The notes under the pieces were generated by a model, which did not search any database, was not told the DNA's origin, and was given only the letters and a program-made list of their open reading frames with translations. Source: an uncultured delta proteobacterium (GTDB lineage: Bacteria > Desulfobacterota > RBG-13-43-22). From it: a DNA stretch of 64,000 bases. Within the stretch, counting starts at the first letter, position 1. The number at the start of each line of letters is the position of its first letter. Location: assembly GCA_963802945.1 (NCBI GenBank), contig CAWDKY010000030.1, positions 128,001-192,000 of the forward strand. Direction: 5' to 3'. A program made the translations under genes and the position numbers. Shown here piece by piece: positions 50,809 to 62,018 of the stretch.

Positions 50809-50923
50809 TCCATTTATTCCGAACTAAAATTTATGGACCAAAACCTTCAGCGTGTTACCTGCTTGTTTTTCTTAGACTGAAGGACCTCAATACGGAGGTT
50901 GAAAAAAATGAATCGGCTGCCAA

Positions 50924-52843
50924 TCAACACGATTCCTTGCTTTCCCGGAGAAGCCTTTTATCTTCGACCCGCATGGTCACCTGAACAGCATCAAAATATT
51001 CCAATAAAGGGATGGTATATTTCCTTGAGGTTTGGGTCAAGTCCTTAAATTCCGGAGTGGTAATCTCGCCTTTTTCTTTAAGCCAATGAATCAACTTTTT
51101 CTTGAGTTCTTCTATGGCCTGCTTATGGAAATAAAGGTCCTCCTTGACCTTGACCAGTTTCCCCTCTTTGACCATCAATTCCAATACAAGCCTGGATTGC
51201 CCTTTGGTGAATTTTTCGGCCAGTTCCTTAAAATAGGGGGGCTGAAGCCCGCTTTTCAGGTAAACCTCCTCCAAAGAATCGCGGACCGTCTGTTGGTCTT
51301 CCTGTAGCTGGACCTTGTGGTTTATCAGGCGGACTAGTTCCTTTTCCTGAACCAAGATTTTCTGCTCTGCGAGCTGATTTAAAAGAAAATTAAAAAGCTT
51401 GGCCTCTCGAATCTGGGGCAGACGTGATTTTAATTCTTCTTTGAGCAATCCGGATTTCAAAGGATTGACTTGGTGATAACCTTCCAGTTCCTGTTCTATC
51501 GCCCGGCTCAAATTAGACAACTCCTGATGATGGATGACGATTTTATTTTCCTTGTCCCACTGAATGAGTATCTTCTGGGAAAGGAGTTCTTTAAGCAGTT
51601 CATCCAACTTTTTGGGAGGAAGAGGCAGGACTTGCCCCAAGGCCTGCCGGGACACCCCGGTTGCCCCGGCCAGGAGGACTTGCAGGGCCGCTCTTTTCCA
51701 AATCACTTCCGGATTGCAGAACCTGGAGTTGGCGAATAACCTCGGGATTAAAGCGCTTATGTTTGGCTGGTATCACATTTAAGACTTCGGCCCCGCCGAT
51801 GGTTTGAACCGGGGAATAACTGCGGATAACGGCTAGGTCTCCGGGTAACAAAGCCACCGATTCGCTAAAGCGTATCTGGCAAAACTGGGATTCTCCTGGT
51901 TTAATCTCCTCCCCTTCCAGGAGGATGACCCGTCCCAGGATTTCATTCGTCCCGCTGTGAAACCGTATCTGACTGCGCTGCTTCAAGGGCCTTTGAACGG
52001 AGGCCAGCAAGCGCATATGAATATCCAGCAACCGGGTCGGATGCAAACCCAGGGGAGAGGCGACTACATCCCCCCGGTTCACCGTGGCCTTTTCAATCCC
52101 TTGCAGATTAATAGCCGTTCGCAGACCGGCTCTGACCTGTTCAATATCCTTGATTGTGAACTTGGATTCCGCGGACCTTGGCCAGGATCTCCTGGGGATA
52201 AATAGTGCACCTGATCCCCCACGGATAGGCTGCCCGATATGGCCGTTCCGGTAATCACCGTACCAAAGCCCCGCATGGTAAAAACCCGGTCCACCGGCAG
52301 TCGGAAGATTCCGGCTGAAGGCCTTTCTTCAACTTCAGCCAAAAGCCTTTCCAAGACTGCCGTCAATTCAGAAATCCCCTGGCCGGTGGTTGATGAAACC
52401 GGGAGGATCGGAGCCCCTTCTAAAAAAGTCCCCTTTAAGAATTCCTTAATATCCTCCTGGACCAGTTCCAGCCAATCACGTTCGACCATGTCGATTTTGG
52501 TCAGGGCAACCAGCCCTTTTTTGATCCCCAGCAGGGAGCAAATATCCAGGTGTTCCCGGGTTTGAGGCATGACCCCTTCATCGGCGGCAATAATCAAAGC
52601 CACCAGGTCAATGGTGCTGGCTCCGGCCACCATATTTTTGATAAAGCGTTCGTGCCCGGGGACATCGATGATTCCCAATCGCTGACCGTTGGGCAGATCC
52701 AGAAAGGCAAAACCCAATTCAATGGTGATCCCCCGTTCTTTCTCCTCTTTAAGGCGGTCGGTGTCTATCCCCGTCAAGGCCTTGACCAGACTGGTCTTAC
52801 CGTGATCGATATGCCCTGCCGTACCGAGAATGATCTGTTTCAT
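50924..52843 (-). CDS. selB: Selenocysteine-specific elongation factor SelB (three single-base insertions ~52208, ~52150, ~51692)
   Basis: [37 protein letters not shown] and C-terminal winged helix [13 protein letters not shown], spread across three ORFs. Confidence 0.9.
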
Positions 52844-52892
52844 GGGTTTTCTTTCTTGATTGAATAACCGTTTACAAATTTACTAACTTTAT

Positions 52893-53069
52893 AGGCTGAT
52901 CAAAAATGTCCAGATGCAAGGCGTCCGAAACCGGGAACCCGCCCCGAAGGGGTGGGACTGAGCGTTGCCCTCGACGCGAAGAAATTCCGAGGAAGGAGTC
53001 GTACATAAGAGTACGTCCGACTGACGAGGAATGAGGACAACACCGCAGATGGATGTTTTTCATCAGCCT
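52893..53069. mobile_element. MITE-like element with ~25 bp imperfect terminal inverted repeats
   Basis: aggctgatcaaaaatgtccagatgc ... gcagatggatgtttttcatcagcct (20/25 match); no credible ORF. Confidence 0.7.
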
Positions 53070-53241
53070 GTACGTATTATCTCCCATCTCCCTTAAACCC
53101 TGTCAAGCCTAAAATATTTTTATTCCTTTCCTTTACAAAACCTGTTCTAATCCTTATAATAAATCATAAAAGGTTAATTTCAGGGCATCCCTTCCAGGTG
53201 ATCGCTCTTAACAATCACAAAAAGCAGAAGGAGAACCTAAG

Positions 53242-53664
53242 GTGGTTAGCGATTTGTCCCGACTTCATGGTCAAATGAGGCGTTTGATGGATGATATGCT
53301 CTATCAACTCAGCCCTCGTTTTTTACTTGACCAAAGAATATGGTCTCCCCAGATGGATGTTCTCGAAACACCCGAGGCTTTTATGGTTCTGGCCGAGGTC
53401 TCCGGGTTAAAAAAGGACGAAATCCAGGTTACCGTAAAAAGAAACATGGTCTATCTGTCCGGAAAAAGACAGAGGCCTCCCATGGCCAATGCCGTTCGTT
53501 ATCTTCAAATGGAAATCGAGTACGGCACCTTTGAACGGACTCTTGAATTGCCTGTTCTGGTTGATGAGTCCCGCATCGAAGCCCATTACAGAGACGGCTT
53601 GCTCACCGTGGTCTTGCCTAAGAAAATAGACCAAAAGAAAACTATACCCATTGAATCCGAATAA
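53242..53664 (+). CDS. Hsp20/alpha-crystallin small heat shock protein
   Basis: WSPQMDVLET, EIEYGTFERTLELP, AHYRDGLLTVVLPK. Confidence 0.88.
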   Translation: MVSDLSRLHGQMRRLMDDMLYQLSPRFLLDQRIWSPQMDVLETPEAFMVLAEVSGLKKDEIQVTVKRNMVYLSGKRQRPPMANAVRYLQMEIEYGTFERTLELPVLVDESRIEAHYRDGLLTVVLPKKIDQKKTIPIESE

Positions 53665-53695
53665 AATTCGGTCTCAAATATAAGGAGTCGTGTTC

Positions 53696-56068
53696 ATGGA
53701 AAACAACGAAACTTCTTTACCCCTCCAAACCCAGGTATTGACCATACCGGAAGAAATTCCTCTTTTACCTGTCATGGATGTCGCCTTGTTTCCCAAGATG
53801 GTAATGCCCCTGATGATCTGGGAAAAAAACTGGGTCCAACTGGTGGATGAGGCGCTGATGAAAGACCACCTGATCGGTCTGGTTATGGTACAAGGCAAAG
53901 GCCAAGACCCCCTAACCACCAAAGATCTATACTCTTATGGAACCGTGGGTTCCATTCTAAAGATGGCCAAGGTCCCTGAAGGAGGGGTCCGGCTTATGGT
54001 CCAAGGCCTTTCGCGGTTTAAGATCGCAGAATTTACGTCCACTAATCCCTATTTCAAGGCCCGGATAGAAGTCCTCAAAGACCTGTTGGAATCAGGCATA
54101 GAAACCGATGCCCTGTTAAACAGCGCCCGTGGCCTATTCATCAAGGTTCTGGATTTGTCTCCTTATCTTCCCTCGGAATTGGGACTCTTGGCCCAAAGTG
54201 TTGAAGACCCCGGTTCCCTGGCCGATATGGTTACCTCCACCTTGAATATCCCCAAGGAAGACAAACAGGACATTCTGGAAACCCTGGAGGTCAAACAACG
54301 TCTTCAAAAAATAACCGTGATTCTGACCAAGGAACTGGAGGTCTTGGAGCTGGGGAAAAAAATTCAATCCGAAGTTAAAGAGGGTATTGATAAAACACAA
54401 CGAGAATATTACCTCCGGGAACAGCTCAAGGCCATTCAAAAAGAGTTAGGGGAAAAGGATGAAAAATCCCTGGAAATTGACGAGTATCGAAAAAAAATCG
54501 TCGAACAGGGTTTATCCCCGGCTGCAGCCAAAGAAGCCGAAAGGGAACTGGACCGTCTTTCCCGTATGAATCCCGCTTCCCCGGAATATACGGTTGCCCT
54601 GTCCTATCTGGACTGGTTGACCGAACTGCCCTGGCAAATCCAGACCGAAGATAATCTGGACATTGAGGCCGCCGCAAAAGTTCTCGACGACGACCACTTT
54701 GATCTGGAAAAAGTCAAAAAAAGGATCCTGGAATACTTGGCCGTCCGCAAGCTTAAACCGGACATGAAAGGACCAATCCTTTGTTTTGCCGGTCCTCCGG
54801 GAACAGGCAAAACTTCTCTCGGGCGCTCTATTGCCCGCGCCCTGGGCCGGAAGTTTGTCCGCCTTTCCCTTGGTGGGGTTCGGGATGAAGCCGAAATAAG
54901 AGGACACCGAAGGACCTATGTTGGGGCCCTGCCCGGCAGGATCATCCAAAGCCTGAAGAAAGCCGGTTCCAACAATCCGGTCTTTATCCTGGATGAAATC
55001 GACAAAGTGGGAGCGGATTTTCGAGGGGATCCTTCTTCGGCCCTTTTAGAAGTCTTGGATCCGGAACAAAATTCTACCTTTTCCGATCACTACCTGGAGG
55101 TTGAATTCGACCTTTCCAAGGTGATGTTCATCACTACGGCCAATATCTTGGAAACCATTCCCCCGGCCTTGCGGGACCGTATGGAGGTCTTAGACCTCTC
55201 TGGTTATATTGAAGAAGAGAAGATCCAGATCGCCCAGAAACATCTTATTCCCAAGCAACTGAAGGAACACGGCCTGTCTGAAAAGATCCTCACCTTTAAT
55301 AAGAAAGCCCTCCAGGTTATAATTCGTTCTTACACCAGGGAGGCCGGCCTTCGCAATCTGGAAAGAGAAATCGCCTCCATCTGTCGGGGTGTGGCCAAAG
55401 AGGTGGCCGAGGGAAAAATTAAGTCCAAGAAAATAACCGAGAAAGATCTGCATCAATATTTAGGACCGGTCCATTTCTTTTCTGAAGTTGCCGAAAGGAC
55501 CCAGGAACCGGGGGTAGCCACGGGACTGGCCTGGACCCAGTCCGGAGGAGATATCCTTTTTGTCGAGGCCACAAAAATGCCTGGCCATAGAACCCTGACC
55601 CTGACCGGACAACTGGGAGATGTGATGAAAGAATCAGCCGGTGCGGCCTTAAGTTATATCCGCTCCAAGGCCGGGCAGTTGGGCATTCCGGAAGACTTTT
55701 ATGAAAAGAATGATCTTCACATCCATGTCCCGGCCGGGGCCATCCCTAAGGACGGCCCCTCAGCCGGAACAGCCATCATGACTGCTTTGACTTCTTTGTT
55801 GACCAATCGTCCGATACGCGGCAACCTGGCCATGACCGGGGAAATAACCCTGCGCGGTCTGGTCCTGCCGGTCGGTGGGATCAAGGAAAAAGTTTTGGCT
55901 GCCAAGCGGGCCGGGATCGTAACGGTTATCCTGCCCAAAAAAAACGAAAAGGATCTTGAGGAGATCGCCCCGCATCTAAAAAAAGGTTTAAAGTTTCATT
56001 TTGTCGAACGGATGGATGAGGTTATAGACCTGGCCCTTTGTAAAAATTCCAGGGCCTGTAAAAAATAA
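53696..56068 (+). CDS. lon: Lon (LonA) ATP-dependent protease, copy 2 (intact)
   Basis: [30 protein letters not shown]. Confidence 0.95.
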   Translation: MENNETSLPLQTQVLTIPEEIPLLPVMDVALFPKMVMPLMIWEKNWVQLVDEALMKDHLIGLVMVQGKGQDPLTTKDLYSYGTVGSILKMAKVPEGGVRLMVQGLSRFKIAEFTSTNPYFKARIEVLKDLLESGIETDALLNSARGLFIKVLDLSPYLPSELGLLAQSVEDPGSLADMVTSTLNIPKEDKQDILETLEVKQRLQKITVILTKELEVLELGKKIQSEVKEGIDKTQREYYLREQLKAIQKELGEKDEKSLEIDEYRKKIVEQGLSPAAAKEAERELDRLSRMNPASPEYTVALSYLDWLTELPWQIQTEDNLDIEAAAKVLDDDHFDLEKVKKRILEYLAVRKLKPDMKGPILCFAGPPGTGKTSLGRSIARALGRKFVRLSLGGVRDEAEIRGHRRTYVGALPGRIIQSLKKAGSNNPVFILDEIDKVGADFRGDPSSALLEVLDPEQNSTFSDHYLEVEFDLSKVMFITTANILETIPPALRDRMEVLDLSGYIEEEKIQIAQKHLIPKQLKEHGLSEKILTFNKKALQVIIRSYTREAGLRNLEREIASICRGVAKEVAEGKIKSKKITEKDLHQYLGPVHFFSEVAERTQEPGVATGLAWTQSGGDILFVEATKMPGHRTLTLTGQLGDVMKESAGAALSYIRSKAGQLGIPEDFYEKNDLHIHVPAGAIPKDGPSAGTAIMTALTSLLTNRPIRGNLAMTGEITLRGLVLPVGGIKEKVLAAKRAGIVTVILPKKNEKDLEEIAPHLKKGLKFHFVERMDEVIDLALCKNSRACKK

Positions 56069-56279
56069 AGTTTGGATTGCAGAATGCGGATTTCGGATTG
56101 CGGAATAAAGACCATATTAAAATGTTGAAATTTAAAAAACAGCAACTATTTTTCTTCAGAGGACAGATAGCTAACTAGTTCTTGACGTTTTTATTCTGGC
56201 TTCTAAATTCTGGATTCAATCCGTTTCATTGATCCAGAAAAATGATGAGAAATACAAATTCGGGAAAGATATAAAAAGA

Positions 56280-57170
56280 GTGAATCAGTTCATTGACCTC
56301 CATACCCATTCCACCGCCTCCGATGGCAGCCTGTCGCCTGAAGACTTGGTTGCTTATGCCAAAAGAAAAAAGGCGGCGGCCATTGCCTTGACCGATCACG
56401 ACACTATTGATGGGCTTGAAGCGGCCATGACCGCTGGTAAAAAACAGGGGCTTGAGGTTATTCCCGGTCTAGAAATCAGTGCCCAATACCCCAAAGGCAC
56501 CATGCACATACTGGGTTACTATATTGATCCTTCTGACCCGCTGTTGAATCGAGAGCTTCAACAGCTTCAAGAAGCCCGTATGGAAAGGAACCCCAAGATC
56601 ATCCGCAAGCTTCAGTCCCTGGGAGTTCCCATTTCTTTTGATCAAGTTCAGGCTTTGGCCAAAGGTCAAATCGGCCGTCCTCATATTGCTCAGGTCCTTC
56701 TTCAAATAGGCGCGGTGTCTTCTTTCGAAGAAGCATTTCAAAAATATTTAGCTAAAGGGGCCCTGGCCTATGTGGAAAAATTTCGGTTTTCTCCCCGAAA
56801 ATCTATCTCCCTGATTCTTCAAGCAGGAGGAATCCCGGTGTTGGCCCATCCTTTCACTTTAAATTGCCCTTCGTTAAGAGACCTCAAAGTATTGGTTGAA
56901 AAATTAAAAGGTGAAGGCCTTAAAGGGATAGAAGTGTTGTATTCCGAACATACACCCGACCAGACCCGCAACTATTTTTCGCTGGTCAAAGAGTTGAATC
57001 TTATTTATACTGGTGGCAGCGATTTCCACGGAGACATGAATAAGGACGTGGATCTCCTTACCGGAACAGGGGATTTGAAGATCCCCTACCAGATTATTGA
57101 GGATCTAAAGGCCTTGAAAGAAGGTACCAGGAGAAAGGTTAAAGGTTCGAGGAAAAATTCAATACCATAA
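56280..57170 (+). CDS. PHP domain phosphoesterase (TrpH/YciV-like)
   Basis: DLHTHSTASDG, ALTDHDT, GRPHIA, LAHP, GGSDFHG. Confidence 0.88.
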   Translation: MNQFIDLHTHSTASDGSLSPEDLVAYAKRKKAAAIALTDHDTIDGLEAAMTAGKKQGLEVIPGLEISAQYPKGTMHILGYYIDPSDPLLNRELQQLQEARMERNPKIIRKLQSLGVPISFDQVQALAKGQIGRPHIAQVLLQIGAVSSFEEAFQKYLAKGALAYVEKFRFSPRKSISLILQAGGIPVLAHPFTLNCPSLRDLKVLVEKLKGEGLKGIEVLYSEHTPDQTRNYFSLVKELNLIYTGGSDFHGDMNKDVDLLTGTGDLKIPYQIIEDLKALKEGTRRKVKGSRKNSIP

Positions 57171-57289
57171 ACTTTGATTCCTTGAAGCCTTCGAATCCTG
57201 AAATCATCGAGATCCGTTTCAATAATAAGATAAGTAAAATCAAAAAAATTAGAGTTTCACCTGACATTTAAATCAAGAATGAACCGGAC

Positions 57290-58177
57290 ATGACTTTGAC
57301 CTTCAAGCCCCTTTCTCTTGACCATAAACCGGAAATCGAAGCACTCCTCTCTCAGAATCCCCCATTAATTTCTGAGTTGACCTTTACCAATCTTTACATC
57401 TGGAGATTTTATTATCGGTTTCAGGTTGCCAGTCATCAAGGATTCATGACCCTCCTGGCCCAGCCCGCGGGGACCACCCCCTATTTCTTCCCACCCATAG
57501 GGAAAGTGGATATCCAGACCTGGGTCTACGATTGTCTGGCCTATTGTAAAACCCAATCGTTTTCGCCCCATTTCTCCAGAATTCCTGAGTCGATCATCAA
57601 AGGACTTCCTCATTTTCCTGGCCTAACAACCGTCCTGGATCGGGATAATAGCGATTACGTCTATCGGATCGATAAGTTAATCCGCCTTTCCGGCAATAAA
57701 TACCATACCTTGAAAAACCATATCAATCGCTTTAATAAAAGACATGCCTGGGAGTACCTTCCTCTAACTCCAGATCTGATTGAAGAATGCCTGACCCTGC
57801 AGGAAGAATGGTGCCGTTCGAAAAATTGTCTTGAATCCCACGGTCTGTTAAGTGAGGACCAGGCCATCAGTGAATCCCTTAAAAAATTTGATTTATTAAA
57901 TTACAAAGGGGGTGTGATCCGAATCCGGGATAAAGTTGAGGCCTTTACCCTGGGAGAACTTTTAAATCCCGAGACCGTGGTCATTCACATTGAAAAAGCC
58001 AATCCGGAACTTCCCGGTCTTTATCCTATACTTCAACAGAAGTTTTTAGAACAGGAATGGGCTCCTCTCCCTTTTGTTAATCGCGAGCAGGATTTAGGGA
58101 TCGAGGGTTTACGAAAGTCTAAGCTTTCCTATCATCCTGAATTTATGATTGACAAATATCGGGTTTATTCAGCCTAG
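57290..58177 (+). CDS. DUF2156 (aminoacyl-PG synthase-like) domain protein
   Basis: SELTFTNLYIW, DYVY, KNHINRF, HIEKA, VNREQDLGIEGLRKSKLSYHP. Confidence 0.85.
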   Translation: MTLTFKPLSLDHKPEIEALLSQNPPLISELTFTNLYIWRFYYRFQVASHQGFMTLLAQPAGTTPYFFPPIGKVDIQTWVYDCLAYCKTQSFSPHFSRIPESIIKGLPHFPGLTTVLDRDNSDYVYRIDKLIRLSGNKYHTLKNHINRFNKRHAWEYLPLTPDLIEECLTLQEEWCRSKNCLESHGLLSEDQAISESLKKFDLLNYKGGVIRIRDKVEAFTLGELLNPETVVIHIEKANPELPGLYPILQQKFLEQEWAPLPFVNREQDLGIEGLRKSKLSYHPEFMIDKYRVYSA

Positions 58178-58960
58178 ATGAAGCAACCTTCCAGTCAACT
58201 GATTTTTCTCGGGACCGGCACCGGCGTTCCCTCCTCAGATCGTGCCTCCCCTGCCCTGCTCCTGAAACTTCAAAAAACCAATCTTCTCATCGACCTCGGC
58301 CCAGGCGCCTTAAGACAATTATCCAGGGTTTCTGTTAAAATAACAGAAATAGATTATATCCTATTAACCCATCTCCATCCGGATCATAGTTCCGACCTGG
58401 CTCCTTTTCTCTTTGGCACCAAATATCCTCCTTTTCTTAGTGACCGGAGGCCCTTCCATTTATTGGCCGGATCCGCTTTTGAACCTTTTTTTGAGAGGCT
58501 TAAGGCCCTTTATGGGCAATGGATAGAGTTGCCTGAGGGCCTATTAAAGGTTCTTCCTCTTCCCCAGGACAGGCCCTGTGAAAAAAATTTCTCATCGTTC
58601 AGTCTCTGCAGTGCCCCGGTTGGCCATTCTTCTTCCAGTCTGGGCTATAGAATCAACCTACATGACAATAGAAAGGCCCTTGTCTTTTCAGGTGATACGG
58701 ACTATTCTACCTCTTTAGTGGAACTGGCTAAAAATTCAGACTTGTTAGTTTTGGAATGTTCTTTTCCCGAAGGCCAAAAGGTGGAGGGGCATCTAACACC
58801 CTCCCTGGCCGGGAGGATCGCCCGGGAGGCCGGGGTTAAAGAGTTGGTTCTGACTCATTTTTATCCTGACTGCCAAGACCGAGATCTGATCGGCCCCTGC
58901 GCTCGGGAATACAGCGGTCCAATCACCTTGGCCGAGGATTTTCTATCCATTTCAATATAG
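58178..58960 (+). CDS. RNase Z-like metallo-beta-lactamase fold hydrolase
   Basis: LGTG.GVP, THLHPDH, SGDT, ECSF, GHLT, LTHFYP. Confidence 0.85.
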   Translation: MKQPSSQLIFLGTGTGVPSSDRASPALLLKLQKTNLLIDLGPGALRQLSRVSVKITEIDYILLTHLHPDHSSDLAPFLFGTKYPPFLSDRRPFHLLAGSAFEPFFERLKALYGQWIELPEGLLKVLPLPQDRPCEKNFSSFSLCSAPVGHSSSSLGYRINLHDNRKALVFSGDTDYSTSLVELAKNSDLLVLECSFPEGQKVEGHLTPSLAGRIAREAGVKELVLTHFYPDCQDRDLIGPCAREYSGPITLAEDFLSISI

Positions 58961-59092
58961 GGTCCCTGATATAATTAATAACTTGATGATTTATGTTTAA
59001 CTTACTGTTTTTATGATTTTTAAATATTTTAATCTGGATTTCATTCTTCAATCCGAAATCCGCAATTTGAAATTAAAATAGGGGTGCTTAAA

Positions 59093-59332
59093 ATGTCTGA
59101 AAAAAAGGGCAAGCTGATTCACATTGACCGAACCCAGAAACAAGTGGTGGACATCTTGGAAAGATTAAGTGAAGAACAAGAAAATATGAAGGAACTGATT
59201 GTTTTTTATATGGATAAGGAAGGAGTTTATCATTCCCTTTCTTCGGACATCAACGATGAGATCTATTTGGCGGGGATACTGCATTCCATGGTCAATAACC
59301 TGCTTTACGATGCCTCCGAACCTGAAGATTAA
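59093..59332 (+). CDS. Small hypothetical protein
   Basis: Protein-like composition; sits alone in the intergenic gap. Confidence 0.5.
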   Translation: MSEKKGKLIHIDRTQKQVVDILERLSEEQENMKELIVFYMDKEGVYHSLSSDINDEIYLAGILHSMVNNLLYDASEPED

Positions 59333-59436
59333 TTGATGGTTTCAATATTTCCCTTAATAATATTATTGATTTTCCCCTTCTAAATTCTTTCTACTGGATT
59401 CTGAATGCTTAACTTTTCAATATCTTTTAATGAGTT

Positions 59437-59810
59437 TTATTGCTCCCCAACCAGTTTTCGATACAACTTTTCAACATTTTTTCGGGTTACATGATCCCGA
59501 TGCATACGGAAGCCCCCTCCAAAGGTCTCTGGGATATGCATCAGTTCATGGATCAGGATCTTGATTTGTTCCTCTTCAGACAGGCGATCGTAATTTTCAG
59601 TTAATATCTCTATGACATAATGGGCATCTATTCCCAGGGCCAGCTGCATCACCTTGGGCAGGGCATGACACCTGGCTATGACCCCTTTTCCGGTGGAGCC
59701 GTAACTTCGCACCCCCTTGACTCGATCCAATCAATATAGTTCATTTTCAGCCGACGAGAAATCCGTTTTAGTTTCGATTCTATGTCCGGGGCCATTTCAT
59801 ATCGAATCAT
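59437..59810 (-). CDS. Putative small HEXXH metallopeptidase (frameshift ~59730)
   Basis: MIRYEMAPDI...ID / DRVKGVRSYGS...IARCHALPK...ILIHELMHIPETFGGGFR.H. Confidence 0.7.
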
Positions 59811-59854
59811 GTTTGTTTTTTCCTGTCATCTCGTTATTTTTATTTTAAAAAAAT

Positions 59855-60834
59855 CTAATTCTTCCGCTCTACCACAAAATCAGCCAGATCAATTAAGGTC
59901 TGTCGATCCTTCGTTGGGTTGAATTTTTGAAGCAGTCCTTTCGCCTTATCCTGGGACTTTAATGCTTCCCCCCGGGCATACTCAAACCCACCATACGCCT
60001 TAATCAGGTCAAAAAGAAACCGAAAATCTTCATCGGTAAAAGGATCTTTTTTTGAAATGGCTTTGATTTTCGTTTTATCTTTTTCAGAACAAACCGTCAA
60101 GGCATGAATAAGGGGCAAGGTAATTTTGCCTTCTTTAAAATCATTGCCCACAGGTTTGCCTAATTCATTTTGGGTGGAGGTATAATCCAGAAGATCATCG
60201 ATGAGTTGGAAGGCTATGCCCAATTCCAGGCCGTATTGGGTCAGGGCCTCTTGGTCTTCGACGCCGGCCCCTGCCCCAGATGGCCCCGGTCTGACAAGCG
60301 GCGGATATAAGAATAGCCGTCTTATTGATCAATATTTCCTTGTAGATCTCCTCTTCAACCTCAAAGTTATAGTTGTGAATCAGTTCCAAGACCATGCCTT
60401 CGGCCATCCTGGTGGTGGTCTTGGAGAGGACATCTAAAAACTGAAGATTTGCGGTTTCCACTGCCAGAGAAAAGGATTTGGCCAGCAAGAAATCGCCTAC
60501 TAAAACCGAGGCCGGATTACCCCAAAGGGCATTGGCCGAGGTTTTACCCCTCCGGATAGCAGCGTTGTCAATAACATCATCGTGAAGCAAAGTGGCGGCG
60601 TGGAGGTATTCAAAAATAGAAGAAAAATAATAGGCCCGTTCTCCGGAATACCCGCAGAGCCGGGAACAGAGGACAAAAAGCAGGGCCCTGAGTCTTTTTC
60701 CGCCACCTAAAAGGATATGCTGATTGATCTCCGAGATTAACGGTATATGGGATTTAAGGTTTTCCTCCAGATAAAATTGAACTTTATCTATATCCAGTTG
60801 TATTTGTTCGCTTAATCGGTCGGTAGAGGTTCAT
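59855..60834 (-). CDS. ispB: Polyprenyl diphosphate synthase (several frameshifts)
   Basis: GGKRLRP, HAATLLHDDVIDNAAIRRG, GIAFQLIDDLLDY, GKPVGNDFKEGKITLP across different frames. Confidence 0.85.
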
Positions 60835-61230
60835 AGAGGGCGTCTGGCGAAACACTTTTTTGTCAATTTCATTTTTTTATTTTGTTTTTATCTGAAAATG
60901 GACAAACTGTCAAAAAAAATATCTGGAGATAAGAAAAAAGGGCCCTTTCTTTTCAAGAGGAACGATAATTCCTTCAAGTTTTTAGTATGGTATCATACTG
61001 TCAGGACATTGACCATTCCCAATTTTCCTCCTGCTGTCCCTATTGTCCAAGTGGAAAGAATAAGAATCATTTAATAAAAATGGAATAGGCATCCTTTAAA
61101 ATTGGTCAATGTTTTTATTGACAAATTAAGTGGTTATGATATTTGTAACTTAAAAGTAATTATATGGAACATTTTTATTGAGACCCAGATAGAAACTCAT
61201 CCTCGGCGGACGAAGTTTAGGGGAATAAAA

Positions 61231-61755
61231 ATGAAAACATTGGGCCCTATTCCATTGAAGAAAACGGATAAAAGAATAAAATTGAACATTACGGAGTTGC
61301 CGATCGATTACCGGTCTATTTGTGACCAATCCCATGTCGGCCTCTATATGCTCCAAGACGGCCGCTTGATTTATGTCAACTCGTATCTCTGCACCATTTT
61401 GGGTTATGAGCGGCCCGATGAACTGATCGGCAAAACCTTCCAAGATCTGGTTTATCCCGGCGACCACAAACGATATAATCTGGAAATCCAGGCATTCAAA
61501 GATGTCGAAACAATCGGCGAGAATGTCTTTCGGATGTCCAGAAAGGATGGAACCGCCGTCTGGGTGCGCACGGACAGCAGCAGCACGATTCTGGATGGCA
61601 AAGAGACTCATTTCGGCCATCTGAATGATATCAACAAATTTATGGAAGTGGAAAGGGCCTACCGGGCTTCTTTGCATAGATATCGAAAAATATTTGAACA
61701 GAAAGAAAAAGATTGCCGCGCCATTCGATCTGAGAATGACCTGCAAAACCATTAA
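61231..61755 (+). CDS. Stand-alone PAS domain protein, possibly a truncated sensor
   Basis: YVNSYLCTILGY..DELIGK..DLVYPGD..RKDGTAVWV; no output domain. Confidence 0.7.
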   Translation: MKTLGPIPLKKTDKRIKLNITELPIDYRSICDQSHVGLYMLQDGRLIYVNSYLCTILGYERPDELIGKTFQDLVYPGDHKRYNLEIQAFKDVETIGENVFRMSRKDGTAVWVRTDSSSTILDGKETHFGHLNDINKFMEVERAYRASLHRYRKIFEQKEKDCRAIRSENDLQNH

Positions 61756-62018
61756 ATTCATTTCAGAACCTCGAGGAATAGTTCCATTTTCCTAATTCTT
61801 AAGAAAAGGTGCTCAGCACCTTATTTGAGGAAAGGTATGAGATTATTTTATGCTGGAGAAGAGTTCATCATTTTTAGAAAGAGAAAATGGTCCCATATCA
61901 CCTGAGTTGCCCCCGGCAGGAAATGGAGCTCTGCCGGGGGCGCCCAAGCATCAAGCTCAAGGAGGGAAAAGAAATTCAGGAGGACTCACTATTTCAAAAT
62001 CAAAAAAGGAGAAATTCA

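Noticed and set aside
52872-53087. 71-aa ORF upstream of selB
   Set aside because: It coincides with the MITE-like element and is probably spurious.
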